This document shows positions 1-8,067 of a stretch of 32,000 nucleotides of DNA, in pieces. The position numbers were made by a program, and so were the translations under genes. Source of the DNA: Pseudodesulfovibrio mercurii (GTDB lineage: Bacteria > Desulfobacterota > Desulfovibrionia > Desulfovibrionales > Desulfovibrionaceae); assembly GCF_000189295.2 (NCBI RefSeq), contig NC_016803.1:3120001-3152000 (forward strand), written 5' to 3'. The stretch's first letter is position 1; each line of letters starts with the position of its first letter. Under the pieces are notes generated by a model. It ran no database searches. It was given only the letters and a program-made list of their open reading frames with translations, and was not told the DNA's origin.

Positions 1-112
1 TGGTCGCGTAGAAGGACGACTTGATGAGCAGGGCGGGCCAGCCGAGGACGAGGAACATCTCGAACCCCGCGAAGAGCAGGAGCACCGCCAGAAGGATGAT
101 GAGAACAAGCAT
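1..112 (-). CDS. dctM: TRAP transporter large permease (DctM family), N-terminal fragment; the gene continues past the window start
   Basis: My own minus-strand translation from the ATG at 112-110 gives MLVLIILLAVLLLFAGFEMFLVLGWPALLIKSSFYAT, a hydrophobic TM start. This ATG overlaps the TAA stop of the upstream dctQ-like ORF (TAATG, 114-110). The order matches the usual P-Q-M arrangement. Confidence 0.6.
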   Translation of the reverse strand, partial: MLVLIILLAVLLLFAGFEMFLVLGWPALLIKSSFYAT

Positions 113-618
113 TACGCGGCCTCCTCCTCGGACTTGTTCTGTCCGAACCGGTCGATGAAGCCGATGAGGCTCAGGAAATAGCGCAGGCCCAGCAGGGTGA
201 AGCCCATGACCGGGGCCAGGTAGATCCAGCCCATGCGCATGCCCAGGGTCGGGCTGGTCTGGCCGGTGCCCAGGACGAACTTGACCAGGACGTACCCCTG
301 CCAGACGAGATAGGCGCAAAAGCACAGGCCGGACAGGTCGATGACCTTGAGCAGCGGTTTGCGGATACCGGCCGGGAGCCGGTCCCTGAACGTGTCGATC
401 CCGACGTGCATGCCGCGCTCCAGGGCGATGCCCAGCGCGCCGAAGACCAGGAAGAGATTCATGAGGCGGACCGCTTCTTCGACCCAGGACAGGTTGCTCG
501 CCATTTCTCCGCCCACCTCCCTGGCCACCACGTTCATGAAGAACAGGACGACCATGAGGGAAAACGTGCTGACGAGGAAGACCCGTTCTATCCTACGCAA
601 CAAATTGAGAAGAAACAT
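112..618 (-). CDS. dctQ: TRAP transporter small permease (DctQ family)
   Basis: ORF 112..663 is trimmed to the internal ATG at 618 (MFLLNLLRRIERVFLV...), which has GGAG about 8 nt upstream. The product is about 168 aa with 4 hydrophobic segments and sits between the dctP-like and dctM-like genes. Confidence 0.8.
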   Translation of the reverse strand: MFLLNLLRRIERVFLVSTFSLMVVLFFMNVVAREVGGEMASNLSWVEEAVRLMNLFLVFGALGIALERGMHVGIDTFRDRLPAGIRKPLLKVIDLSGLCFCAYLVWQGYVLVKFVLGTGQTSPTLGMRMGWIYLAPVMGFTLLGLRYFLSLIGFIDRFGQNKSEEEAA

Positions 619-689
619 GATACGCTCCGAAACTCTCCGGGTTCGCACCCGGGATCGACACATTCAGTTCCAAGGGGCCCCGGGGGCCG

Positions 690-1721
690 CTACTTCATGA
701 TCTTGTCGTACTCTTCGGTGTAGACCTCGAAGAGCTTCTTGCCCTGGTCGCCCGTCTTGGACAGGAAGACGTCCATGGACGGCTTGAACATCTTGGCGCG
801 GAACTCGGCCTTCTCGTCGGCGGAGAGGACGCGGACGTTCACGCCGTGGGACTTGATGTCCTCCAGGGCGGCGGCCACGGACTTGGCCTTGTGGGCCACC
901 AGCTCGGGGATGACTTCCCGGAAGGCGTCGCGGATGATGGTCCGGTAGTTCTCGGGCAGGCTGGACCACCACATCTGGTTGAAGAGCACGAAGTCTTCCA
1001 TCAGGCCGTGGTAGGAGATGACGAAGTTCTTCTGGACCTCGAAGTACTTCATGCGCTGGATGGTATCGAGGGGGTTCTCCTCGCCGTCGACCACGCCGGT
1101 CTGCAGGGCGGTGTAGAGCTCGCTGAACGGCAGGGCGATGGCCGAGGCGCCCAGGGCCTTGAACTGTTCGATCAGGATCTTGGAGTCCATGACCCGGAAC
1201 TTCTGACCCTTGAAGTCGTCGGGGGTGTCGATGGGCTTGTTGGACGAGAAGCACTTGCGGCCGTTGGGCCAGATGGTGATGGCGGCCACACCCTTGTCGG
1301 CGAAGCTGTCGAGCAACATCTGGCCGAACTTGCTCTCGCGCAACTGCTGGGAGCGGGCGTCGTCATCCGGGTACAAGTAGGGCACGTCCAGGATGGAGAC
1401 CATGGGGTTGAACCCGCCCAGGAACGCGGCCGGGGCGACCGTGCCTTCAAGGGTGCCGAGCTGGACGCCCTCGTTCATCTGGCGCTGACCGCCGAGCTGG
1501 CCCTGGGGGTAGATCTGGAACTCCACGTCGCCGTTGGTGCGTTCCTTGACCAGCTGGGCGACCTTGACCAGCAGGGTGTTGCGGGACTGCTGGGCGGACT
1601 CCAGGTGGCCGATCTTGGCCACGTAGGTCGCCGCCTGCGCGTTGGCGCAGAAGACGGCGGCCATGGCGAAGACCGCGAAACCTATGAACAATTTTGAAAT
1701 AGACCGGGAATGAAATTTCAT
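690..1721 (-). CDS. dctP: TRAP transporter substrate-binding protein (DctP family), with signal peptide
   Basis: 343 aa. The N-terminal signal peptide is MKFHSRSISKLFIGFAVFAMAAVFCANAQA. DctP-like motifs are present (KIGHLES, FRVMDSKI, ALQTGVVDGEENPL). It is the first gene of the P-Q-M operon. Confidence 0.9.
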   Translation of the reverse strand: MKFHSRSISKLFIGFAVFAMAAVFCANAQAATYVAKIGHLESAQQSRNTLLVKVAQLVKERTNGDVEFQIYPQGQLGGQRQMNEGVQLGTLEGTVAPAAFLGGFNPMVSILDVPYLYPDDDARSQQLRESKFGQMLLDSFADKGVAAITIWPNGRKCFSSNKPIDTPDDFKGQKFRVMDSKILIEQFKALGASAIALPFSELYTALQTGVVDGEENPLDTIQRMKYFEVQKNFVISYHGLMEDFVLFNQMWWSSLPENYRTIIRDAFREVIPELVAHKAKSVAAALEDIKSHGVNVRVLSADEKAEFRAKMFKPSMDVFLSKTGDQGKKLFEVYTEEYDKIMK

Positions 1722-1789
1722 CTTTCTCTCCTCACTGATGATGAATTTTGTTCACGCTAGTATGTGGTCTCCAACGAAGTCAAGCAAAA

Positions 1790-1821
1790 TATCTCAGATT
1801 TGATACGTATCTCAAATTTGA
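1790..1821. promoter_or_regulatory. Two tandem operator-like repeats in the dctP / XRE-regulator divergent intergenic region
   Basis: TATCTCAGATTTGA (1790-1803) and TATCTCAAATTTGA (1808-1821) have starts 18 bp apart. The TCAAATTTGA core is a perfect palindrome. They lie in an AT-rich island just upstream of a TTGACA. Confidence 0.35.
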
Positions 1822-1827
1822 AAAATA

Positions 1828-1856
1828 TTGACATTAGAACTACGTTTTTGTAAAAA
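1828..1856 (+). promoter_or_regulatory. Candidate sigma-70 promoter of the XRE regulator gene
   Basis: TTGACA (1828-1833), 17-nt spacer, TAAAAA (1851-1856). The ATG at 1884 is preceded by AAGGAAG. Confidence 0.3.
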
Positions 1857-1883
1857 AATATAAAAAGGGGAACAAAGGAAGAC

Positions 1884-2768
1884 ATGATCTCTCAATCCGA
1901 ATCCATCGCGCACCTGGGGGAACGGCTCCGGGCTTACAGAATAGGGAAAAACCTGACGCCGGAGAACGTGGCCCAGCGGACAGGCATCTCCCGCGCGGCC
2001 ATATACCGGTATGAATCCGGCCAGCCCATCCGTGTGGACGTGCTGGGCAAGATCGCCGACCTGCTCCAGGTGTCCCTGGAATCGCTCCTCGGGGTCGGCG
2101 TGGAATACTGTTCCTCGGCCCTGGCGTTTTTCGAGCGCATGCGCCAGCTGGAGGAGACCGCCGAGCAGCTGAGCGTCCTCTTCGGGCCCATCTCCTATCT
2201 GTTGACCACGGACGACTACGACTGGGTGCTGGCCGACGTGCTGGCCGAGAGCATCCCGCTGGACGTGGACGACCGGGCCCAGTCCCTTCTGGAGATCGAG
2301 AAGATTCTCAAGATTTTGAAGGCCAGGAAGAAAAGCTACCGGGAGCGCAGGCCGCACATCATTAGCCTGATCTCGGCGGCCGAACTCGAATATTTCTGCA
2401 AGACCGGCTTCATCGGCTGCAACAACCCGCAGGGCGTGGACCTGGAGGACCGGGTGCGCACGGCCAAGCGCGAGGTCCTGAACATCATCGACCTGCTCCG
2501 GGAGCAGCCCATGGGCGTGCAGATCGGGGTGCTGGTCGATTCCGCGCCGGGGGCCAGCTTCCAGATCTTCAAGCAGGCCAACCATTCCGAGGTCGCGGTC
2601 AGCCCCTACAAGCTGGGCTCCTTCGCCAACATCCGCATCGGCGTGGCCACCATCTCCTCGGCCCCGGAATCCATCCGGCTGCACAACGACCTGACCCGCC
2701 AGCTCTGGGACCGCAGCCTGAAGGGCGAAAGCGCCGCCCGCTACCTGCGGGACGCCATCGGCCTCTAG
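1884..2768 (+). CDS. XRE-family helix-turn-helix transcriptional regulator with a large uncharacterised C-terminal domain
   Basis: 294 aa. The N-terminus LGERLRAYRIGKNLTPENVAQRTGISRAAIYRYESGQ is a classic Cro/C1 HTH. The gene is divergent from the TRAP operon. Confidence 0.85.
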   Translation: MISQSESIAHLGERLRAYRIGKNLTPENVAQRTGISRAAIYRYESGQPIRVDVLGKIADLLQVSLESLLGVGVEYCSSALAFFERMRQLEETAEQLSVLFGPISYLLTTDDYDWVLADVLAESIPLDVDDRAQSLLEIEKILKILKARKKSYRERRPHIISLISAAELEYFCKTGFIGCNNPQGVDLEDRVRTAKREVLNIIDLLREQPMGVQIGVLVDSAPGASFQIFKQANHSEVAVSPYKLGSFANIRIGVATISSAPESIRLHNDLTRQLWDRSLKGESAARYLRDAIGL

Positions 2769-2863
2769 GCGGCTCGCGGCAACCTTCTCCCTTTCGCGAA
2801 AAGCGCGGCGGCGGGCCGGAGCACGTTCCCTCCAGCCCGCCTCCCGGCCCCTCCGAGGGGGGG

Positions 2864-3286
2864 CTATTCCCCGGCCGCGGCCCGGCAGGCGGCGGCCAGC
2901 CTCTCCCCTATGTAGCGGACCATGTCGTCGTCCCCCTCGTACAGGTCGAAGCATCGGGCGTCCTCGCCCAGCAGGCCGCCGGGGACTTCGTCGCCCAGGC
3001 CGTCGGGGTCGTCCACCAGTTCGCTGTAGAAGCAGACCGACAGCCAGCGGTCGTCCGGGTCGTCGTCGATGATGTCCACCATGGCGAACAGGTTGCGCTT
3101 GCGCTGGTTCTCGTGGGCGGCGCGTAGGGAATGGGTGATGCCGGGCCGGGACACGAAGTCGAGCTTGATGCCGTCCAACCCTTCGAGGCGGCATTTGAGG
3201 GCCGTGAAGCAGTCCTTGGTCCGGTTGGGGTCCGTGGTCCAGGTGTCGATGAAGGTCGCCAGTTCTTGAGCGGGTCGGGTGTCCAT
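2864..3286 (-). CDS. Hypothetical acidic protein (about 140 aa)
   Basis: ORF 2864..3619 is trimmed to the ATG at 3286 (MDTRPAQELATFIDTW...). The region upstream of that ATG translates to P/R/G-rich junk. The coding part has a plausible globular composition. Confidence 0.55.
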   Translation of the reverse strand: MDTRPAQELATFIDTWTTDPNRTKDCFTALKCRLEGLDGIKLDFVSRPGITHSLRAAHENQRKRNLFAMVDIIDDDPDDRWLSVCFYSELVDDPDGLGDEVPGGLLGEDARCFDLYEGDDDMVRYIGERLAAACRAAAGE

Positions 3287-3477
3287 GGCCGGGGGTCTCC
3301 TGGGGGGTTGTCGTTGTTGCGCCGTTCGCGTCGGCGGGCTGGGGGCGGCGTGGCGAACATGTCGCCGCGCCGCCGGATTGTCGCGTGGGAATGCGGGTAC
3401 GTCCTTGGCCGGATTTCGCCCGTTGTCAAGACGGAGGCCGGTTGCCCGGCGCACCGTGCGGGCCGGGGTGCTCCGGC

Positions 3478-3771
3478 CTAGGACTTGCCGGGCCGCTCCC
3501 GCAGGGCGGCCACGGCGGCGGCGCAGATGGCCGGGGCGGAGCGGGCGTCCTCGGCCGAGAACTCCCTGTCGCCCAGGCGGAACGAGGCCCGCCACAGGCT
3601 GTCCATGCTTCGGGGGCACAGGTCCTTCAGGCTGAACACGTATCCGTCGGATTCCAGGCGGTCGGCCACGCGCAGGGCCGCGTTCACGTCCGCCGCGGGG
3701 CTGGTCCGGGCGGGGAGGTCAAGAAGTTCTTCGAGCAGGCCGTTGAGCGTCTCGATGGAATAAGCAGGCAC
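3478..3771 (-). CDS. Hypothetical small protein (about 97 aa; alternative ATG start at 3816)
   Basis: The start is taken within ORF 3478..3816. The GTG at 3771 has GGAGG 5 nt upstream (plus-strand CCTCC at 3777-3781), whereas the ATG at 3816 has no SD. I recognise no family. Confidence 0.45.
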   Translation of the reverse strand: MPAYSIETLNGLLEELLDLPARTSPAADVNAALRVADRLESDGYVFSLKDLCPRSMDSLWRASFRLGDREFSAEDARSAPAICAAAVAALRERPGKS

Positions 3772-3997
3772 GGGGGCCTCCGGTGTTTTCCTTCCCTCTC
3801 GGATGTGGCGGGACATCTGGACAGATGTTGCAGGTATTCAATCATCGTTGTCGAGCGGCGTCAATGCGCAATGTGCCGCACGGACCGCCCCCTCCTCCGG
3901 CCGGGGCATCGAAGTGGACCGCGCGCAGCAATGGGGGTACGGGAAGGGAGGGCATCGCCATGGGGGCGATGCGAAATTTCCGCACACGGAGGCCCGG

Positions 3998-4795
3998 GTG
4001 AAGATCGCCGTTCCCTCCACCCGGCCCGGACTGGACGGGAACGTGGCCCACCGCCTGGGGGTTGCCGCCCATCTGGTCCTGGTCGAGTCCGACGACATGT
4101 CCTTCGAGACCTTTCCCGGTCCGCCGGTCTCGGCCGGTCCCGGCGCCGGGGTCGCGGTCATGGCCCTGGCCGTGGAGCAGGGCGCGCGGGTCCTGCTGGC
4201 GGGCCACGTGGCCCCGCACATCACGGCGGCCCTGGAACGGCGCGGCATCGAGGTGGTCCAGGGCGCGTCCGGCACCGTGTCCCAGGCCGTGGCCGCGTAC
4301 CTGGCGGCCGGGGAGGCCGGGGACGCACCCGGCGCCGCATCCGTCGATTCCTCCGCGTCTTCCGATGTTTCCGCGCCCGAGGCGGCCCACCCGTGGCGCG
4401 AGGCCGCGAAAAAGGGGGTGCGCCAGTTCTACGCCATGGTCCCGCGCCTGATCGGGGTCATCCTGCTGCTCGGGCTGCTCCGGGGGTTCGTCAGCCAGGA
4501 GGCCCTGTTCGCGCTGTTCGCGGGCGCGCCCCTCCCGGACGCCCTGTGGGGCGCGGTGCTGGGCAGCGTCATGGTCGGCAACCCGGTCAACAGCTACGTC
4601 ATCGGGGAGAGTTTGCTCAAGGCCGGGGTGAGCCTGGCCGGGGTCCTGGCCCTGATGATGGCCTGGGTCACGGTGGGGCTGATTCAGCTGCCCGTGGAGG
4701 CCGAGGCCCTGGGCATGCGCTTCGCCGTGGTCCGCAACCTGGCGGGGTTCGTCATGGCCGTGCTGCTGGCCTTTGCCGTGGGCTCGTGGTGGTGA
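3998..4795 (+). CDS. NifB/NifX-like (dinitrogenase FeMo-cofactor-binding fold) domain fused to a permease half
   Basis: ORF 3803..4795 is trimmed to the GTG at 3998, with GGAGG at 3987-3991. The N-terminal part VKIAVPSTRPGLDGNVAHRLGVAAHLVLVE...GARVLLAGHVAPHITAALERRGIEVVQG fits the NifX/NifB C-terminal fold pattern. A Ser/Ala linker follows, then about 4 TM segments. Confidence 0.7.
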   Translation: MKIAVPSTRPGLDGNVAHRLGVAAHLVLVESDDMSFETFPGPPVSAGPGAGVAVMALAVEQGARVLLAGHVAPHITAALERRGIEVVQGASGTVSQAVAAYLAAGEAGDAPGAASVDSSASSDVSAPEAAHPWREAAKKGVRQFYAMVPRLIGVILLLGLLRGFVSQEALFALFAGAPLPDALWGAVLGSVMVGNPVNSYVIGESLLKAGVSLAGVLALMMAWVTVGLIQLPVEAEALGMRFAVVRNLAGFVMAVLLAFAVGSWW

Positions 4796-4803
4796 GGCGG
4801 GCC

Positions 4804-5337
4804 ATGCGCACGGACAAGCCCTCTTCCGGATGGTCGGCGCGGCTCAGGCCGTGGCGGTTCCCCCTGGTCTGCGCCGCGCTCTACGCCGGGGCCTTCCTGC
4901 TCGATCCCGAAAAGACCCTGCGGGCCCTGCGCGTCTGCGGGACCATCTTCCTGCAGCTGGGGCTGCCCATGTGCGCGGCCCTGGCCATGATGGTGCTGCT
5001 CAACCGGTTCCTGTCGCCGTCCCTGGCGTCCCGGCTCATGGGGCGAGAGGCCGGACCCGGCGGGCTCGTGCTCTCGGCCCTAGCTGGCATCGTCTCCATG
5101 GGCCCCATCTACGCATGGTACCCGCTGTTCACGACCCTCAAGGACAAGGGCGCGTCCGCCTTCAACATCGCCAACTTCATGTGCTGCCGTTCGGTCAAGC
5201 CCGTGCTCGTCCCCGTGCTGGTGGGCTATTTCGGCTGGCGGTTCACCGGGCTTTTCCTGCTGCTGACCCTGGCCGGGGCGCTGCTGTCCGCGGTCTGCGT
5301 GGGGCTGGCGCGCCCCTTTGGCGACGGCGGGGCGTGA
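4804..5337 (+). CDS. Permease, second half of a split two-gene permease
   Basis: This is only the last 177 aa of the 650-aa frame 3385..5337, starting at the ATG at 4804 (MRTDKPSSGWSARLRPWRFPLVCAALYAG...). The product is polytopic and hydrophobic. The start is 9 nt after the stop of the previous gene. Confidence 0.7.
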   Translation: MRTDKPSSGWSARLRPWRFPLVCAALYAGAFLLDPEKTLRALRVCGTIFLQLGLPMCAALAMMVLLNRFLSPSLASRLMGREAGPGGLVLSALAGIVSMGPIYAWYPLFTTLKDKGASAFNIANFMCCRSVKPVLVPVLVGYFGWRFTGLFLLLTLAGALLSAVCVGLARPFGDGGA

Positions 5338-5420
5338 CGTCCCGGTTCCCGTGGCCGAAGGACCGTTTCGGACCTCGCGCCGGGATGGTTTGTCCATCGA
5401 AAAAACATGCCTTTTTTCTG

Positions 5421-5449
5421 TTGCAGTGTTTTTTCCCGGAAGGTAATTT
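5421..5449 (+). promoter_or_regulatory. Candidate sigma-70 promoter for the GlcG-like gene
   Basis: TTGCAG (5421-5426), 17-nt spacer, TAATTT (5444-5449). Confidence 0.25.
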
Positions 5450-5530
5450 ACTGCTACATCCGCCGCCGGTTACCCCGGATTCAGTGTGAGGCGGGGGTCG
5501 GCGGCCCAAGTCTTTGAGTAGGAGTTTGGT

Positions 5531-6025
5531 ATGCGTAAAATGATTCTTTCCGCCGTGCTTGTCTGTTGCGTCACCCTGTTCGCCGCGCCCGTGTTCGCGG
5601 GAGAGCCGGTCAAGACCCTGCCGGGGGACATCACCCTGGTCCAGGCCCAGGCCATTCTCAAGGCCGCCCTGGAAAAAGCCGTGGCGATCAAGATTCCCAT
5701 GAACATCGCCATCGTTGACGCCGGGGGCAACCTCAAGGCCTTCTACCGCCAGGAAGACGCCTTCCTCGGCAGCATCGACATCTCCATCAAGAAGGCCATC
5801 ACGGCCCGGTACTTCAACATGACCACCCGGACCCTGGGCGCGGCCTCCGTGCCCGGCCAGCCCCTGTACGGCATCGAGGCCAGCAACAACGGCCTGATCC
5901 TGTTCGCGGGCGGCGTGCCGCTGGTCGACAAGAACAACGTGGTCATCGGCGCCATCGGCGTGTCCGGCGGCACCGTTGACGAGGACGAGAGCGTGGCCAT
6001 GGCCGGCGCCGCTGTCATCAAGTAG
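5531..6025 (+). CDS. GlcG/HbpS-family (DUF336) haem-degrading/haem-binding-like protein, with Sec signal peptide
   Basis: 164 aa. The signal peptide is MRKMILSAVLVCCVTLFAAPVFAGE. DUF336-type motifs are present (IAIVDAGGNL, SIDISIKKAITA, GGVPL, GAIGVSGGT). Confidence 0.85.
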   Translation: MRKMILSAVLVCCVTLFAAPVFAGEPVKTLPGDITLVQAQAILKAALEKAVAIKIPMNIAIVDAGGNLKAFYRQEDAFLGSIDISIKKAITARYFNMTTRTLGAASVPGQPLYGIEASNNGLILFAGGVPLVDKNNVVIGAIGVSGGTVDEDESVAMAGAAVIK

Positions 6026-6054
6026 CACGTCTTCACCGGCAACGAGAATGAATC

Positions 6055-6089
6055 GGCCCGGTCCGGGGGGATGTTTCCCGGACCGGGCC
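6055..6089 (+). terminator. Strong GC stem-loop downstream of the GlcG-like gene (no clear U-tract)
   Basis: GGCCCGGTCCGGG (6055-6067) pairs perfectly with CCCGGACCGGGCC (6077-6089) across a 9-nt loop. Confidence 0.5.
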
Positions 6090-6477
6090 GTGTCGTTGCC
6101 GACGACCGGGCGCACCCCCGGTGCGCGCGGCGCCATCCCGCTTCGTGACGGCCTGTCCCGGCCCCGCGACACGGCCCCGCGCCCCGACCCCACGCCCCGA
6201 CCCCACATCCCGGGTCCGCGACGACGTCTCCACCGTCGAAGCGGCCGAAGACTTCGTCCTCGATTACGTCGAAGAACACCACCTGAACTAAAAGGCGACA
6301 GCACACACAGGAAAACCCCGGTCCGGCCCCGCGCCCCGGTTCCCGATGTAATGCCCCGGCCTCCCCTCCGCGCTTTGCCCGGAGCCCGATCCCGTACCTG
6401 GTTCTCGCCGCCGCTCCCGCACCGTCCGCGTCACGGGCAGCCGCAAGGCGGAGGTCTTCCCGATTCTGCAAGGGGGG

Positions 6478-6503
6478 TTGACAGGTATGCAAACGAGTTG
6501 CAT
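6478..6503 (+). promoter_or_regulatory. Candidate znuA promoter with overlapping Zur/Fur-type palindromic operator
   Basis: TTGACA is at 6478-6483. The palindrome ATGCAA-N5-TTGCAT (6487-6503) covers the spacer and -10 region. Further ATGCAA motifs lie at 6505-6510 and 6531-6536. A Fur-family gene is directly downstream of znuA. Confidence 0.4.
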
Positions 6504-6559
6504 CATGCAATCCGTTTGCTCATAACGGCAATGCAACAATGCGACCCCTGGAGGTTGTC

Positions 6560-7480
6560 ATGGCGGTTTCTCATCTGAAGAAAATGGTACTGTTGACGGT
6601 GTTCGGGCTGGTCCTGACCTGGGCCGGGTCCGCGTCGGCCGAGGGCGGGGTGCGGGCGTTCGTATCCATCCTGCCGCAACAATATTTCGTGGAGCGCATC
6701 GGCGGGGACCTGGTGGACGTGAGCGTGCTGGTCCTGCCCGGGGCCAACCCGCACATGTACGAGCCCACCCCGAGGCAGATGACCGCCCTGACCAAGGCGC
6801 AGGTCTACTTCGCCATCGGTGTCAACCTGGAGGACGTCTGGCTGCCCAAGCTGGCCGACGCCAACCGCGACATGCTCGTGGTCCGCACCCAGGAGGGCGT
6901 GGAGAAGCTGCCCATGGCCGCCCATCATCATGACGAGGAGGGCGGGCACGAGGGCGAGGCCGCGCACGACGGGGATCACGAGCACGGCATCCTCGATCCG
7001 CACATCTGGCTCGATCCCGTGCGGGTGCGGACCATCGCCCGGAACACCTGCGCCGGGCTGGTCCGCGCCGATGCGGCCCACCGCGACGTGTACGAGGCCA
7101 ACCTGGCCGCGTTCCTCAAGGAACTGGACGAGCTGAATGCGTCCATCGATAAGACCCTGTCGGCCCTCCCGGCGGACAAGCGGACCTTCATGGTCTTCCA
7201 CCCGTCCTGGGGCTATTTCGCCAAGCGCTACGGCCTGACCCAGGTGGCCATCGAGGCGGGCGGCAGCGAGCCGAGCCCCCGGCATCTGGCCGAGATCGTC
7301 GAGCACGGCCGGGAACTGGGCGTGTCCGTGGTTTTTGTCCAGCCGCAGTTCTCGCGGCGCAGCGCCGACGTCATCGCCTCGGAGCTCAAGGCCAAGGTGG
7401 TGCCCCTCGACCCTCTGGCCGCGGACTGGAAGGACAACCTGCTGCACGCGGCCCAGGCCTTTGACCAGGCCCTGCGCTAG
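6560..7480 (+). CDS. znuA: Zinc ABC transporter substrate-binding protein (ZnuA family) with His-rich loop
   Basis: The start is taken at the ATG at 6560, with GGAGG at 6550-6554. A signal peptide is present. The His/Asp/Glu-rich loop is AAHHHDEEGGHEGEAAHDGDHEHG. DPHIWLDP is the typical cluster A-I SBP motif. Confidence 0.85.
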   Translation: MAVSHLKKMVLLTVFGLVLTWAGSASAEGGVRAFVSILPQQYFVERIGGDLVDVSVLVLPGANPHMYEPTPRQMTALTKAQVYFAIGVNLEDVWLPKLADANRDMLVVRTQEGVEKLPMAAHHHDEEGGHEGEAAHDGDHEHGILDPHIWLDPVRVRTIARNTCAGLVRADAAHRDVYEANLAAFLKELDELNASIDKTLSALPADKRTFMVFHPSWGYFAKRYGLTQVAIEAGGSEPSPRHLAEIVEHGRELGVSVVFVQPQFSRRSADVIASELKAKVVPLDPLAADWKDNLLHAAQAFDQALR

Positions 7481-7501
7481 CGCGGCTTCACGGAGGCCGG
7501 C

Positions 7502-7933
7502 ATGACTCAGCACGACACGGCCGGGGCCGCCCGGGAATTCCTGGAGCGGACCGGCCTGGAACCGACCCTCAACCGCATCCTGGTCCTGTCCGCCGTGGCC
7601 GCGCACCACCGGCCCGTGACCGCCGCCGAGGTCCATTCCCATATCCTGCGCGAGCACCGGATCAACCGGGTCACGGTCTACCGCATCCTCGACCTGCTGG
7701 CCGACAGGGGCGCGGTCAACCGCTTCAACTCGGGCGAACGCGCCCAGCACTACTGCGTGGGCGGCAACCACAGCCACTTCCATTGCACCGGCTGCGGCCG
7801 CGTCCAGTGCATCGCCAACGAGGACCTGCACTTCGACGAGACCGCCGTGGCCAACGCCCTGAACCTGGCCGTCAGCCACGTGGACCTCCACCTCGAAGGC
7901 CTCTGCCCCGACTGCGCCCGCGCAGCGGGGTAG
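7502..7933 (+). CDS. zur: Fur-family transcriptional regulator, probably Zur
   Basis: 143 aa. Fur-like wHTH (NRVTVYRILDLLADRGAV) and metal-site motifs HSHFHCTGCG...CPDC are present. GGAGG is at 7492-7496. The gene is adjacent to znuA. Confidence 0.8.
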   Translation: MTQHDTAGAAREFLERTGLEPTLNRILVLSAVAAHHRPVTAAEVHSHILREHRINRVTVYRILDLLADRGAVNRFNSGERAQHYCVGGNHSHFHCTGCGRVQCIANEDLHFDETAVANALNLAVSHVDLHLEGLCPDCARAAG

Positions 7934-7937
7934 GGGG

Positions 7938-8067
7938 GCGCCTCCGGCGGCCGGGGGAAGGGGAGGAAAAACCCTTTGAGAAAAGGGTTTTTCCTCCCCT
8001 TCCCCCGAACCCCCATCCCCTCCTTTCCCTAAACTTTTTGTCGTCGCCTTCGGCGGGGCGGGGTGCA
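7938..8067 (+). repeat. Intergenic palindromic repeat element, copy 1 (head-palindrome-tail architecture)
   Basis: Head GCGCCTCCGGCGGCC is at 7938-7952. A perfect 25-bp inverted repeat spans 7953-7977 / 7982-8006. The tail is CCCTAAACTTTTTGTCGTCGCCTTCGGCGGGG. Other copies are at 26592, 26821, 30442 and 30601. Confidence 0.75.

Noticed and set aside
3385-5337. 650-aa plus-strand ORF
   Set aside because: Only the last 177 aa (from the ATG at 4804) look like protein, as a polytopic permease. The upstream 470 aa are Arg/Gly/Pro junk that overlaps other genes in different frames.
6121-6291. Possible 56-codon GTG-initiated ORF ending in a protein-like acidic C-terminus (...DDVSTVEAAEDFVLDYVEEHHLN)
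   Set aside because: The N-terminal two-thirds is Pro/Arg/Ala junk, there is no ATG or RBS, and it begins inside or after a terminator hairpin. It cannot be supported without homologues or ribosome profiling.
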